From the human T2T-CHM13v2.0 reference genome, Homo sapiens, in the NCBI RefSeq assembly GCF_009914755.1, contig NC_060926.1: a DNA stretch of 64,000 bases; one strand, written 5' to 3'. The translations under genes and the position numbers were made by a program. The notes below the pieces were generated by a model. The model was not told the DNA's origin, ran no database searches, and saw nothing but the letters and a program-made list of their open reading frames with translations. Of the stretch, positions 37,401 to 50,178 are shown piece after piece. Position 1 is the stretch's first letter. Every line of letters starts with the position of its first letter.

Positions 37401-40400
37401 TGATAGCTTTGGGGTTTGTTTGCTCTTGGTTCTCTTTTAGTTTAGTTTGCTCTTGGTTGCTCTTAGTTCTTTTAGTTGAGATGTTAGTTTGTTAACTTGA
37501 GATATTTCTAGCTTTTCAGTGTGGGCAATTAGTGCTATAAATTTCACTCTTAACACTGCTTTAGCTGCTTCCCAGAGATTCTGGCACGTTGTCTCTTTAT
37601 TCTCATTAGTTTCAAAGAACTTCTTGATTTCTTCATAATTTCATTATTTACCCAAGAGTCATTCAGTAGCAGTTTGTTCAATTTCCATGTAGTTTTGTGT
37701 TTGGAGTGAATTACTTAATCTTGAGTTCTCTTTTGACTGTTCCATGGTCTGAAGGCTACTATGATTTCAGTTCTTTTGCATTTGCTGAGGAGTGTTTTAC
37801 TTCTGATTATGTGATCAATTTTAGAGTAAGTGCCATGTGGCAATGAGAAGAATGTATATTCTGTTGAATTTGGGTGGAGGGTTCTGTAGATATCTACCAA
37901 GTCTTCTTGATCCAGAGCTGAGTTCAGATCCTGAATATCTTTGTTAATTTTCTGTCTTGATGATCTGTCAATATTGACAGTGGTGTTAAAGTCTCCCACT
38001 ATTATTATGTGGGAGTCTAAGTCTCCTTGTAGGTCTCTAAGAACTTGCTTTATGAATCCAGGTGCTTTTGTATTGGGTGCATATATATTAAGGATAGTTA
38101 GCTCTTCTTGTTGAACTCTGTACCATTATGTAATGCCCTTTTTTGCCTTTTTTGATTTTTGTTGGTTTAAAGTATGTTTTGTCAGAACATAAGATTGTCA
38201 GAACGTAATCTTATGTCAGAACATAAGATTGCAACTTCTGCTTTTTTCTGATTTCCATTTGCTTGGTAAATTTCCCTTCATCCCTTTATATTGAGCCTAT
38301 GTGTGCCTTTGCACTTGAGATGGGTCTCTTGAAGGCAGCATGCTGATGAGTCTTTACTCTTTTTCTACCTTGGCATTCTACGTCTTTTAATTGGGGTATT
38401 TGGCACATTTATATTTAAGGTTAGTGTTGTTATGTGTGAATTTCATCCTGTCATCATGATGCTAGGTGGTTACTTTGGAGACTTGTGTATGTGGTTACTT
38501 CACAGTGTCACTGGTGTGTGCATTTCAGTGTGTTTTTTTAGTTACTGGTAATGGTTTTTTCTTTCCATATTTAGTGCTCCCTTCAGGAGCCCTTGAAAGG
38601 TAGACCTGGTGGTGACATATTCCCTTAGAATTTGCTTTTATGGAAAAGATTTTATTTCTCCTTCACTTATGAAGCTTATTTTGGCTGGATATTAAATTTT
38701 GGCTTGAAAATTATTTTCTTTAAGAATGTCAAATATTGGCCCTCAATCTTCTGGCTTGTAGGGTTTTTGCCGAGAGGTCTACTGTTAGTCTGATGGCTTT
38801 CTATTTGTTGGTGACCTGGCCTTTCTCTCTCGGTGGCATTAAGATTTTTTCTTTCATTTCAACCTTGGAGAATCTGAAGATTATGTGTCTTGGGGTTGAT
38901 CTTCTTGTGGAGCATCTTACTGGGGTTCTCTGGATTTTCCGAATTTGAATGTTGGCCTGTCTTGCTAGGTTGTAGACATGCTCCTGGATGACATCCTGAA
39001 ATATATTTTCGTACTTGGCTCTATTCTCCTTGTATCTTTCAGTTACCTCAGGCAGTTGTAGGTTTGGTCTCTGTACATAATCCCATGTTTCTTGGAGTTT
39101 TTGTTCATTTTTTTCCATGTTTTTTTCTTTATTCTTGTCTGCCTATCTTATTTCAGAAAGATAGTCTTCAAGCTCTGAGATTGTTTCCACTGCATGGTCT
39201 ATTCTGCTATTGATACTTGTGATGCATGGTGAAGTTCTTGTGTTGTATTTTTCCCTCAGGTTGGTTATGTTCCTGTCTAAAGTGGCTATTCTGGTTATCA
39301 GCTTCTGTATAGTTTCATCATTAGTCTTCGCTTGTTTGCATTGGGTTACAACATGCTTCTTTAGCTCAGTGAAATTTGTTATTAACCACCTTCTGAAGCT
39401 TATTTCTGTCTGTTCAGCCATCTCAGCCTCAGCCCAGTTCTGTGCCATTGCTGGAGAGGTGTTGTGGTCATTTGGAGGAGAAGAGGCCCTCTGCCTCTTT
39501 GAGTTTTCAGCATTTTTGCATTGACTCTTTCTCGTCTTTGTGGGTTTATTTACATTCAGTCTTTAAGGTTGCCCACTTTCAAATGAGGTTTTTGTGAGGT
39601 CTTTTGAAATTGATGTTGTTGTCTTCTGTTTTCTGTTTTTCTTTTAGCAGTCAGGCCACTCTACCCTAGGGCTGCTGCAGTTTGCTGGGGATCCACTTCA
39701 GATATCAGTTGCCTTTTTTTACCCAGTATCTAGAAGTATCACTAGTGAAGGCTGCGTAACAGCAAATATGGCAGCCAGCTCCTTCCTCTGGAAGTACCAT
39801 CCCAGGGGAGTACTGAACTTTTGCCAGCCTGCACATGCCTTTAGGAGCTGGCTGGAGATCACCATTGGAAGGTCTCATTTAGTCAGGAGGAACAAGATCA
39901 GGAACCTGCCCAAAGAATCAGTCTGGCTGCTTTTTGATAGAGCACGTGTGCTACATTGTGGGGAGACCCTTCCTTCTTTGAACCACTTGTATTCTCCATA
40001 GCTGGCAGGCTACAGCGACTGAGTTGACTAAATCATGGAGATGGCAGCCACCCTCCCTCCAGTAACTCCATCCCTGGAAGAAATCATAGCTCCATCCATA
40101 GAACCCTGGCTGGAGTGGCTGAAGCTCCTGCAGGGAGGACCCGCCAGTGAGGAAAAGTGGATCTGGCTCCTGCCTATAGAAGCAGTCTGGCCACAACCTG
40201 GCAAGGCAGCTATGCTGCGTTGTGGGGGTCCCTTCCTTGTTTGGATTGTCTGTTTTCTCCACAACTGGCGGGATGGAATGGCTAAGTCTGTTGAACCACA
40301 GGGATGGCAGCTGCCCCTCCCCACCAGGAGCTCCATCCCAGGGAGAGATCAGAGTTCTGTCCATAGAGCCCTTGCTGGAGTGGCTGAAGCCCCTGCAGAC

Positions 40401-41210
40401 AGCCACCACCCAGTGAGGAGGAATGGATTGGGGTCCCACTTAAAGAAGCAGTCTGGCCACCATCTGGCAAGGCAACTGTGCTGTGTCGTGGGGGACCCTT
40501 CCTTGTCCGGACCATTTGTATTCTCCACAACCGGCAGGCTGGAACAGCTGAATCTACTGAACTGTGGAGATGGTGGCTGGCCCTCCCGCCAAGAACTGGG
40601 ATCCATCTCAGGCCGACTCCAGCAGACTTGGTGCTGTTGGCTGGCTGGGATTCCAAGTCAGTTGGTTTTAACTTGTGAGGTGCCATGGAAGTGGGGTCTG
40701 CAGAACGATGCTGCCTGCTCCCTGGACTCAGCTCCCTTCTAGGGATATTTACAGATATATTTCCTGCCTTGCTGGGGATCCCAGGATCGGAGTGTGTCAA
40801 ACTCCTGGGTCTCTGTGTGTGCCTGAATGGCTGCTCTGCTGAGACTCCATACAGTTCTGTGTGTCAGACTCAAGGCCCTGATGGCCTGGGCTTAAGAGGG
40901 GATTTACTGATCCACTGGTAGCAAAGGTCCGTGGGAAAAGTGTGGTTTCCTGGGCGCGGTCACAAAATCACTCGCCAATTCTTTTGGCTGGGGGTGAGGT
41001 TTCCTTTGGTTCCATGCTACTCCCTGGTGGGCCATTGCCCCGCCTTCCCCCACTTTTCTTCCATCTCTGTGGGTTGGGTTGTCTAGTCAGTCCCAATGTG
41101 AGAACGTGGATATTTCAGTTGAAGGTGTTGAATTCACTTGCTCCTTTTCATTTCTCTCCATGAGTGCCGCAAACCGCAGCTGCTTCTCATCGTCCATCTT
41201 GTATCCAGCC
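34416..41210 (-). mobile_element. Full-length L1PA13-like LINE-1, inactive
   Basis: The 3' UTR reads 'tgctgcacaggtcatcccatcacgtaggtattaagaccagcatcc'. ORF2 remnants are MGDFNT...YSKIDH and [16 protein letters not shown]1 remnants are QETWDYVQRPNL and STPRHIIFRFSKV. The 5' end lies at ~41210, with a 13-bp TSD GTGAATATATATT at 34289-34301 and 41211-41223. Confidence 0.95.
39850..40600. repeat. ~265-bp tandem repeat (about 3 copies) inside the L1 5' UTR
   Basis: 'tggagtggctgaagc' occurs at 40111 and 40376. 'agaa(g/t)cagtctggc' occurs three times (~39914, ~40177, ~40444). Confidence 0.85.
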
Positions 41211-41223
41211 GTGAATATATATT

Positions 41224-42700
41224 TTCTACAGTCAAAATTTATTTAGATTGACCCACATCTTTTCCTTTTTCATTGTTCTTCATACATTTTCATAACACCT
41301 TATGTCCATATGGAAGAATTTTTCTACTGCTTAAAAATAACCTTTTGTATTTTTTAGTTTGGGTTTATTTTTAATAAGTTCCCTCAATTATTGCTTTTCT
41401 AAAAGTATTCTTATTGCATATTCTTTCTTAAAATGTATTTTTCTTGGTTTAGAATTCCAGGGTGATAGTTATTTTTTCAGCATTTTGAAGATACTAAGCT
41501 ATCTCTGGCTTCCATTGGAAGAATGGAAAGTTAATTGAAGTCCAGTTGTTTTAGATTTTTCTCTTTGGCTTTAGGTTTTAGCAGTTTTATTAGGATGTAC
41601 TTCTATTTTGTGTTTGTTTGTGTCTTTAATTTATTTATTTTAATCCTGCCTAGTTGTCATGGGGTTTCTTGAGTTTATTACCTCATATTTTTCTTTAGTG
41701 TTAAAAAATTCTCTAATGTTGCTTCTGTCTCATTCTTCTTACTTATCTTGGACTCTTACCCTTTATTCTGATTTTTCCACTTTTGAATTATGTTGGTTAG
41801 TGTATTCTGATGTCTTTTCTAGTCCTTTATTCATTGTGTTGACTGTGTCTAATCCAGTGAGGTCTTAATTTGGCTTTTTGTGGTTACAGATTCTAAAATT
41901 TCAAGGATTTTGATCTGCCAATTCCTTTTTCATGTTTCCTAATTGTCTGTCTTAATTCTCACAATCATCTTTTACCTCTTTTAATGCTAAAAGCATCATT
42001 ATTTTAAAATCTGTATCTGATTTACTCTAAATCTAGAGCATATGTGTCTGTTTTTATTGTGTATTTCTACTGTTAACTTTATGATATTTTGTTTGTTTGT
42101 GTGTCTGGTTATTTTTTATTTTGTCCTGAAGGATGTCTATAAAATATTACCTGTAGAAATAATTTGTGAACTAGGCTAATGCTATCTTTCTCCAGAAATT
42201 ACCTTAGTTTTTTTCAGGCAGACTTCTGTGGACAGTAGCAATGTAGAACTTTAACAGTATTCCAGCAATTGAGATGGTGCAATGATGGGCTGTAATCCCT
42301 ATGAGAGTTAGTACATTCCCACTTTACCCTTACTTTTAATGTTCAGCCTCAGAAATCTCTACCGCACATACAGAGGTTTAACCCAGCTCCCAAACCTTGT
42401 TGAGTCCTGAACTCCAATTGTCCCCATAAACATGATGCATTCTCAAAATTCCTGCTCAGTCTTTTATGCGTGTTTTTTTTTTCTGGAATTGCAAAATGAC
42501 TACTAGAGGAAAAATAAGCCAAATAAGCCAAAATATCTGGCTCACCTATGTGAATTTCTGTCTTCTCCCCGATCTTAGCTTTGTAATTATTTACTGTCAT
42601 TATGCTTTACCAATGTCTTTCAGCAGACTTTTTTTAATGCACAATTTTTTGGTTATTCTCAGTGGCAAGGTTAGCTCAGATTCCCAGTTTACTATTACTA
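41224..42700 (-). mobile_element. Old L1ME-type element, 5' continuation
   Basis: Antisense L1 ORF1/5'-like text ('tagaattccagggtgatagttattttttcagcattttgaagata') continues the element split by the L1PA13. Confidence 0.65.
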
Positions 42701-43164
42701 GATTTCATATCTATCAATTTCCAAATTATAATGTCACTTCTACTTTGATAATCATTCCAAACCATTCTTCCTTTAAAAGAAAATGTTAACTATCTAGAAT
42801 AAATAATATTGCAGGTGCGGTTCTGTTACAGGTTTAAACACATTGCAGACGTACAGGTAAATTGGATAGGCTCATTTTTGCCTACCATTAAAGTTATTTT
42901 TCCTTTCACAGAACTTTTCCAATTATAGGGTTCTAAACATAGTATTTTCTTCCATGGCCTTTTTTTATTCCAGTGGTTTTAATCCAGTCTCTCTGTCTCT
43001 CCTCACGTACTCACCTCCTGAAGGAGTTTTGCCATCCCTCTGCTCCAATTAAACCAGTTGTTCATGGTCTAGTTTGGATCCCCAATGTCTCACTGGATCC
43101 TCAGTGCCTTAACATCTTGAAGTATTACAATGCACAGTCATAAGATCCTAGTTGCAGTAGTTAA

Positions 43165-43845
43165 TTATGTAACGGCGTAGTAGTTGAGGGCATAGTCTCT
43201 GGAAAGACTGCATTGGCTTCTCCTCTGAGTAGTTGAGTAAACTTAGACAAGGTACATGTTACGGGTTGAACTGTGTCCCCCAAAAAGAAATGTTGAAGTT
43301 CTAACCCCTAGTATATCAGAATGTAACCTTATTTTGAAGTAGGGTCCTTGGAAATGTAATTAGGTAAGATGAGGTCATACTGGAGTAGAGAATAGGGTGG
43401 GACCTTAATCCTATATGTCTGGTGTCTAAGACAGAGTCACACTGGGAGAACGTCATGTGACCACAGAGGCAGAGACTGGAGTGATAGATCTACAAGCCAA
43501 AGAGCATCAAGGATTGAAGGTTACCATGAGAGGCTAGGAAGGGGCAAGGAAGAATTCTCCTCCACAGATTTTAGAGGAAGCATGTCCCTGCTGACACCTT
43601 GATTTTAGACCTGTGCTCACTACAACTGTGAGATTACATTTCTATTATTTTAAGCCATCCTGTTTGTGGTACTTTGTACAGTAGTCCTAGGAAACTAATA
43701 TAGAACTTCTTTTTTACCTTGTTTCCTCATCTCTAAAATGGAGATAATAGTACTCTATATCACAGACTTGTGAATGACCATATGCAAAAAGCAATACAAC
43801 AGTGACTGAGTTTTAATAAGTGGTATGTAAGACATGTCTGTAATT
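43165..43845 (+). mobile_element. MIR split by an MLT1C insertion
   Basis: The left half is 'gtagtagttgagggcatagtctctggaaagactgc'. The right half is 'gtttcctcatctctaaaatggagataatagtac'. Confidence 0.75.
43257..43702 (+). mobile_element. MaLR solo LTR (MLT1C-like), full length
   Basis: It runs from 'tgttacgggttgaactgtgtcccccaaaa' to 'ctaggaaactaatata', with internal 'gaggcagagactggagtgat...caagccaa'. Confidence 0.88.
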
Positions 43846-44214
43846 ATATTAGTGAATAAAATTTCATCTTGAAGACAGGGGCTATGATATGTATTTCTCA
43901 TGAATCCTCCAACACACCTAGTAAGGGCTAAGTACATAATGGAAGCACATAAATACACCTTCAGACATAGACGTGGAGTATTTTCCCTCTATTTCTCAAG
44001 TTTCATTTTAACTGGTATGATTTTGCATGTTTCAGATCTTTGAATCTTATATGTATGCCCTGGTTTATACTTGTGACATTATTCCCTGTGCTTTGACTAT
44101 TTTCAACTCCATTTTATCCCAATTACATCCCTGCCCCTTCTCATGCTTATGCCAAATCATACATTAACTTGTGGTTTCTAAATGTTGATTTGATTTTAGA
44201 AACCGAGAGAGAAA

Positions 44215-44400
44215 AGGCAGCTAAAATGAACAGTTTCCAGATGGTTGTGGAATTTAAAATACAATATGTGGGTTATACGCCTAGCTTTCCTGCAAACCTG
44301 GTAAATGACCTCAGATACCTCATATAACATTGTGAAACCCATGTTTCCTTATCTGTACAATTAAGACATTGGATTAAATACCTTCAAACATTTTGTCAGG
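44215..44400 (+). mobile_element. MIR fragment
   Basis: 'atgacctcagatacctcatataac...gtttccttatctgtacaat' is MIR-like. Confidence 0.5.
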
Positions 44401-46729
44401 TTTAGTTACTACAATGAAATTATTCCATGTTCTCCGAGTTCAACAATGTCAAGGAAAAGCTGGTTCTCACTCATCCATTGTGGCCAGCACATGAGGGAGA
44501 CAGCAGGTATCAAGCACAACATTTGTCTGCTAACTGGTATAGAGAGGTACCTTTGACTATTCTTTCATTCATAGGGTGATGGGCCCTTGAACAATTTGGC
44601 CTCTTTACTGTAATTGCCTGTGCAAGCACAATAACAGATGTTTCCAAATACATACTATGTGTATATCCACTTGATATATCTCCGATTACAAAGGGTCTAT
44701 TGTTCTAAAAAGTTTTTCACATTCATGGTGGAATAATAAAGAGAAGAAATTACTTTTAGGTTACAAGGCAGCATTTTTGCCTTTCAAGTCAAAACACTGT
44801 GACAAGTGCCTTTTGCTTATTTGGCAAATTTATAATGAATTTTTAAAAGGTGAACATTACAAGTTACAGTAAAAATCTTGAAATAAGTTATGTACTCCCT
44901 GATTTATTTATTCTTTATCAAGTATTACTTGATCACTTTCTGTTTGGTCGCTGTGTCCACCATTTTGCTAAAAATTCACTGTGCTTTTCTTTACCAAGCC
45001 AGTGAATTAGTTGTATTCTACATCCTCTTTTATCTCTACTGCCCTTCAAACTGTGGACTGTTTCTCTTTTGCTTCTTTCTCCTCTCCCAATTTTCTGTGA
45101 TATTATTTTTCAGATTTTCTTCCTACCCTACCAATAAATCTTTTAATTTTCTTTCTCCTACCCTGTAAAGGAAGGTGTTTCTGAATCTTTTCATTTTATT
45201 TTCTTGGTCCTAATTTCACTTGAGATGCCAGGCTTATGAGTTCTTTCAGTTTTCTTCATATGGACTAGTTTCCCATTCCTTCACAATTCTACCCATTGTC
45301 CTCTATGCAATCTATAATTTGCCATTATTGCCCCAAAATATTTATTCCGTTATAAAAATGACTCTTGATTTCATAGGAATCCTGTAACTATAGTAGTAAA
45401 GTCCAAGGTCCCACTAACTTCTTTGGTAGCCATGTAATTCAACATGTGGGCCAGAAATTCTAATTTGACATTTGAAAATTATCTGTCTCCACATTTTCTG
45501 TCTAACAAAGTAAATTTTAAAAAATATATTTTCTATATACATGGCTTTTTTATTTTCCCTTTATAACTGCATTTTCTTTAAAAGAGCACAGGACACAATA
45601 TATTATAACTGGCCAAAGGTTTGTTGGATGGGTAAGAATGGGCTGAATCAAGAAAATTATCAAGTGACTCGCACATAGGCCATTAGATGATTGAAAAAAT
45701 AGATCTATATGCTAGACTAATCTGAGATAATTTTGTACATCAATTATTTTTTTTGTTAGAATTATGAGCTTGAAGTTTCTAATAAAGATTATAAGCTGCT
45801 TCCTATGTTCTCTTTAATAAGTCAAAAAATAAGCCATTCACTTTCAAAATAGTTTCATTAACTTCAAGTAAAATAGGCTTTGCTTTTAACATCATATTTT
45901 TAAGTGTATTTACCATTGTATGGCTCCTCTGACCCCTCAAAAGCCGGCTGAAGGAATAATAACAATATTGTATGGATTCAAATCCAGTTACTCCATGTCC
46001 TGTAATTCCCTCAGAGTAAGAGAGAAGAGGGAGAAATTGCTCTTTTGCATATCCCTAGGTATCTTCATTGAGGAGAGTCAGTATTTTGTATTCAGCCAGC
46101 TTCTCACAGTAAAGAGTATTCCCAAGGAGTAAATAAGGCAATCAGGAGAATCATTAACTATTTCGAGCCAAAAAAGTATCACTTAATGCACCAAAGTAAT
46201 AATGAGCAAATTAGTAGTCATGTAGCTAGTGACAGTTCAAGAAGTATGGCTGCTCACTTGGGAGTACCCATTGTACAGTGAAAGTCCTGTTAAGCCCCCT
46301 GCCCCCGAAAAGAGTTTATATCAGGATGGACTAAATTCTTTGGAGGTAAAGAAATAAACACATTGACAATCACTCACATACTTAAACAAAACTGTATTTA
46401 TGAAGTTCAGAGTTCAGGGTTTTTCATGACACATTCACCACTATTAAGTGGTACTTAATCAGAGTGCATATGTTCCAAGAAAGTGAAGGTTTAGTACATT
46501 TCGCACCTATGCAAATATCCAGCATGATCATTACTGACAACATAATGATTGGCGAGGTCTTTTTGTAGACCTACAACCAGAAGCACCAAGTTTAAAAAAT
46601 GGATGTGTACATTTTAGAGTCATGGCACATAGCGAAAGTTACAGAACTTCTTTGAACCTATGTCACGGGACTACTATCAGGATGCTGTAGGACATGTAAA
46701 AGCAATTAGGAAAACATATGACATATTTT

Positions 46730-47050
46730 GGTGTTCAGGAACCATTACTTGAATCTGAATCTTAGATCACCATTTAATAGCTCTGATGCTCTCTGTAAAT
46801 TACAACAAATGCTATTTGCTCTGCCAACCACATAGTATTGTTGAGATAATCAAGGAGGATGAGTGTAAAAGTAGTTTATACAATTTTAATAATTACATAT
46901 CTGATTGCTTCCGTGTACCACACATACTCTCAGTGATTTCAGTGACTCTATTGTCACTGCAAGCTAAATATGTATAAATAAATAAGCACAATTTCTAGTG
47001 TATGCTAAATACTCAACAAAGAGTAGCTGTTATTAGAATGGTACATTATC
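46730..47050 (+). mobile_element. MIR fragments
   Basis: 'ttgaatctgaatcttagatcaccatttaatagctctg...ctctgtaaat...tattgttgagataatc' is MIR-like. Confidence 0.45.
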
Positions 47051-47749
47051 ATTATTAATACTGATGTTTTACAGAAATTGGTTTTATACCTTCTATTACT
47101 CTGAATTGAATTGTGATCTACGAAAAGACTTTAAATATTTACCTGAAATCACAAATGACTAATTCCATTTTCACTTTAAAATGCAGACAAATTTGTCACT
47201 AAGTGGTGCTTTTTGAATAATTATTTTGGAAAAAACATTATTTAATATACTTGTCCTGTGGATTGCTAACATATACTTTTATTTGTTTAAATTTTTACCA
47301 TCCAGTTTTCCCAAGCCCCCCGACCCCTTTATTTTAGTGGAAGAAAGAGAGGTTAAGAAGAAGCTGTTACGTTTCTGGATAATGAAATATAAAAAATTAT
47401 ATTCTCCTAAAAATAATTTTGGAAAATTCATCACATTTTGATCTTAAAGCATAATACATAATATTTCTTAATGTGGTACAAAATTAGTAGAAATAGTCCA
47501 AGCACCTTAAATATTTGTTTGTGGAATTTGAAAAAAAGAAGCCATTTAGAAACTAGCTTTGTCACTTGAATTTGGAAAAACATTAGCATAGCCCTTGGAT
47601 ACATACAGCTGAATCAACATGCTTTATCTGCATAGCTATAATTGCATTTAATAAATAGAACCACATGTTAATGAAATCCAAGGATCACTTGATACTAAAA
47701 TATTCAAGGCTTAGTTCACATAGTGTTTTAATTTTGTTGATGGTTTTGT

Positions 47750-47976
47750 TCTCTTCCTTTCTCTCTTCATTCCCTCCTTCCCTTCCTCCCTCCTTCCCTC
47801 CTTCCCTTTGTGCCCCTTCCTTACTTCCTCTTTTTCCCTCCTTCCTTCTTTCCCTCCCTCCCTGTTTCTTCTTCTCTCCTATTTTCTGCTCCTTTCTTGT
47901 CTCCTCCCTCTTATGTCTTTTTCTCCTTCCTTCCTTCGTTCCTTCCTTCCTTCCTTCTTTCCTTCCTTCCTTCCTT
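47750..47976. repeat. (CTTC)n / CT-rich low-complexity tract
   Basis: A directly visible polypyrimidine tract. Confidence 0.95.
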
Positions 47977-48799
47977 TTATTTACCTCACTAGACTTCTGG
48001 CATGTAAGAAGAAATGGTATAATGGGATATAAACTTTATTATTTTTACTAGAAAAAAACAGGAGCTTGGGATTTTAAAAGTCTTGCCTTGTGGAAAGTAA
48101 CCATCAAAAGTAATTTATTAAGGTTCCTAATGTCCTGAGAAAAAAAAATTTCAAAATGTATGCCCTAGCCTTTAGGAGTTAATAACCTAAACTAGATGAA
48201 GCAAATAGGAACACAAAATTAGAGGATGCCTCGAGACAGTAAGAATGCATCTTTAAAGTTGTACGAGAATTGATAGGTGTTTCTTTCAGTGTTGAAGTAT
48301 CACGGTGTAAACAGCACCAGAAACGAAGATGAGGAGCTGGCATTATCTTTGAATCTGCTGCTGTCTGATTTTGGTCAAATCCTTAAGTCGCTTGGTGCCT
48401 CAGCTTCTTCATTAACAACATGTGGTTATGAGACTTGTCCTTCTCACTGCATACTCTTTTTCTTTGTGACTATCAAATGAGAATGAATGCAAAAGGGTTT
48501 AAAATTAGGATACAACATTGAAATGAAATAAAATTGTCTGTTTCATCTAACCTTCTCAATGTAACTGCAAATTCTCCCAAGGAAGAAACGTATCTTTGAA
48601 TTAAAGAAATCTCTCATTAGGAGCAATGTCTGTGCAAGTGCCAAAAACCATCCTAATACTATATTAAGCTTAATATTACCAAAAATATATAAATGTCCCA
48701 AACGTACATTTGACCCTACTGACTACGAAATAAAGCTTCCAAGTTACTCCAGGAAGCAGTTTTGATAATTATTCCACAATTACACAGGAGACATTGCAC

Positions 48800-49396
48800 T
48801 TCCTCAAACCTCCTAGAGAAGTCTTCCTGTCACTCTTCCTGCGTTTGCCTACCACCTGGTCCCAAGGCTAATGCCACAAATTTTAGATTTTGTTAAGGCA
48901 GCACCCCATTTCAGAATCCAAATTATCTCTCAACTATATCTTGCTATGTGTCAGAGTGCCCCCAAATTTAGTAACTTGAGACAGCAAACATTCATTTGAT
49001 TGTGACTCTATGGATCAGCAATGTAGCCACATCTCAGGCAAGATGGCTTGTCTATGTCCTATGTGGTGGTGACTGGGCTTACACCTGTGACTGCAGTTAT
49101 CCTGTGGTTCAAATCCTGGGGTTCCATGATGTGAATTGATCTTACTTATCTGGGCCAAGTGTCTCCTACTGTAGGGTTCTTCAGATGGTGGTAGCAGTGT
49201 GGAGTAGAGAGCAGTAGCTGCAAGTCCACTTAAAGGCTGAGTAAGGAACCCATATAACATCACTTCATCATATTCTGTCAGCCAAAGCAAATCGCAGACC
49301 AGCCTAAATTTGAAAACTAAGATGGTCATACTGCAAAGGAGAGTGAAAACTGGAATGGATAAAATTGCTACAAACATTTTTGCAAATAATCTACTA
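48800..49396 (-). mobile_element. MaLR LTR (MLT1G/H-like, ~48926-49396) with adjacent MLT-int 5' piece
   Basis: LTR motifs are 'cccaaatttagtaacttgagacagc' and 'catcacttcatcatattctgtcagccaaagcaaatc'. The internal-start motif is 'ggtcccaaggctaatgccaca...cagcaccccattt'. Confidence 0.7.
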
Positions 49397-49874
49397 GACC
49401 TGAATTTGGTAAGAGTGAAACATGTGACTGGGTGTATGCCTGTATTGAGAAGCACATGAGATATAACTGATATTAGTTGGAGGAAGTAAATACTTTTAAC
49501 AAAAAAGAAGTGGTTCTCTGCAACAATTTTTATAATTTGTAAAGTAGGAGAATTGCGTTTCCTTAAAAGTTCTTGAGAGTCATGGCTGGCATCTATTAGG
49601 AATTCAATTAATATTCCTTGAATAAATGAATGAATCAATTTGCCTATAAAACAATCTAAACCTGTCTCCTCTACTTCAGAAAAGTAATAACCTTTTAAAC
49701 ATTTTCTGTAATGATTTATTCAGGTTTATTATTGCTTCTTAACGATTTATGTTTTCTTAAGACACATATTATTTTATTGAGCTTAAAATTACTTTTAGTC
49801 ATCCATCCTAGTATCTTGTTTTAAACTCTGTATCTGTAGTCATGGTCCTCTTCTTCATCTGTTCTGTAAGATTC

Positions 49875-50178
49875 ATTTTTTTTCTTCCAAATTTTAGATT
49901 TATGGGGGTACCTGTGCAGGTTTGTTACATGAGTAAATTGCGTCACTGGGGTTTGGTATACAAAGGATTTTGTTACCTAGGTAGTGAGCATAGTACCGGA
50001 CAGGTAGTTTTTCAGTCCTCACACTCCTCCCACCCTCCACCCTCAAGTAAGACCTAGTGTCTATTGTTCCCCCTCTCTATGTTCAGGTGTACTCAATGTT
50101 TAGCTCCCACTTGTAAGTGAGAACATGTGGTATTGGGTTTCCTCTTCCTGCATTAATTCGCTTGGGATAATGGCCTCA
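49875..50178 (-). mobile_element. 5'-truncated L1PA16-like 3' end
   Basis: 'gggggtacctgtgcaggtttgttacatgagtaaattgcgtc...gtagtgagcatagtacc'. A short TSD aagatt is present on both sides. Confidence 0.85.

Noticed and set aside
47665-48051. 128-aa P/S/F/L-rich ORF
   Set aside because: It is a translation of the CT-rich simple repeat.
49015-49638. 207-aa ORF on the minus strand
   Set aside because: It runs through an MLT1 LTR and AT-rich flank, has no recognisable domain, and lacks an ATG at the listed start.
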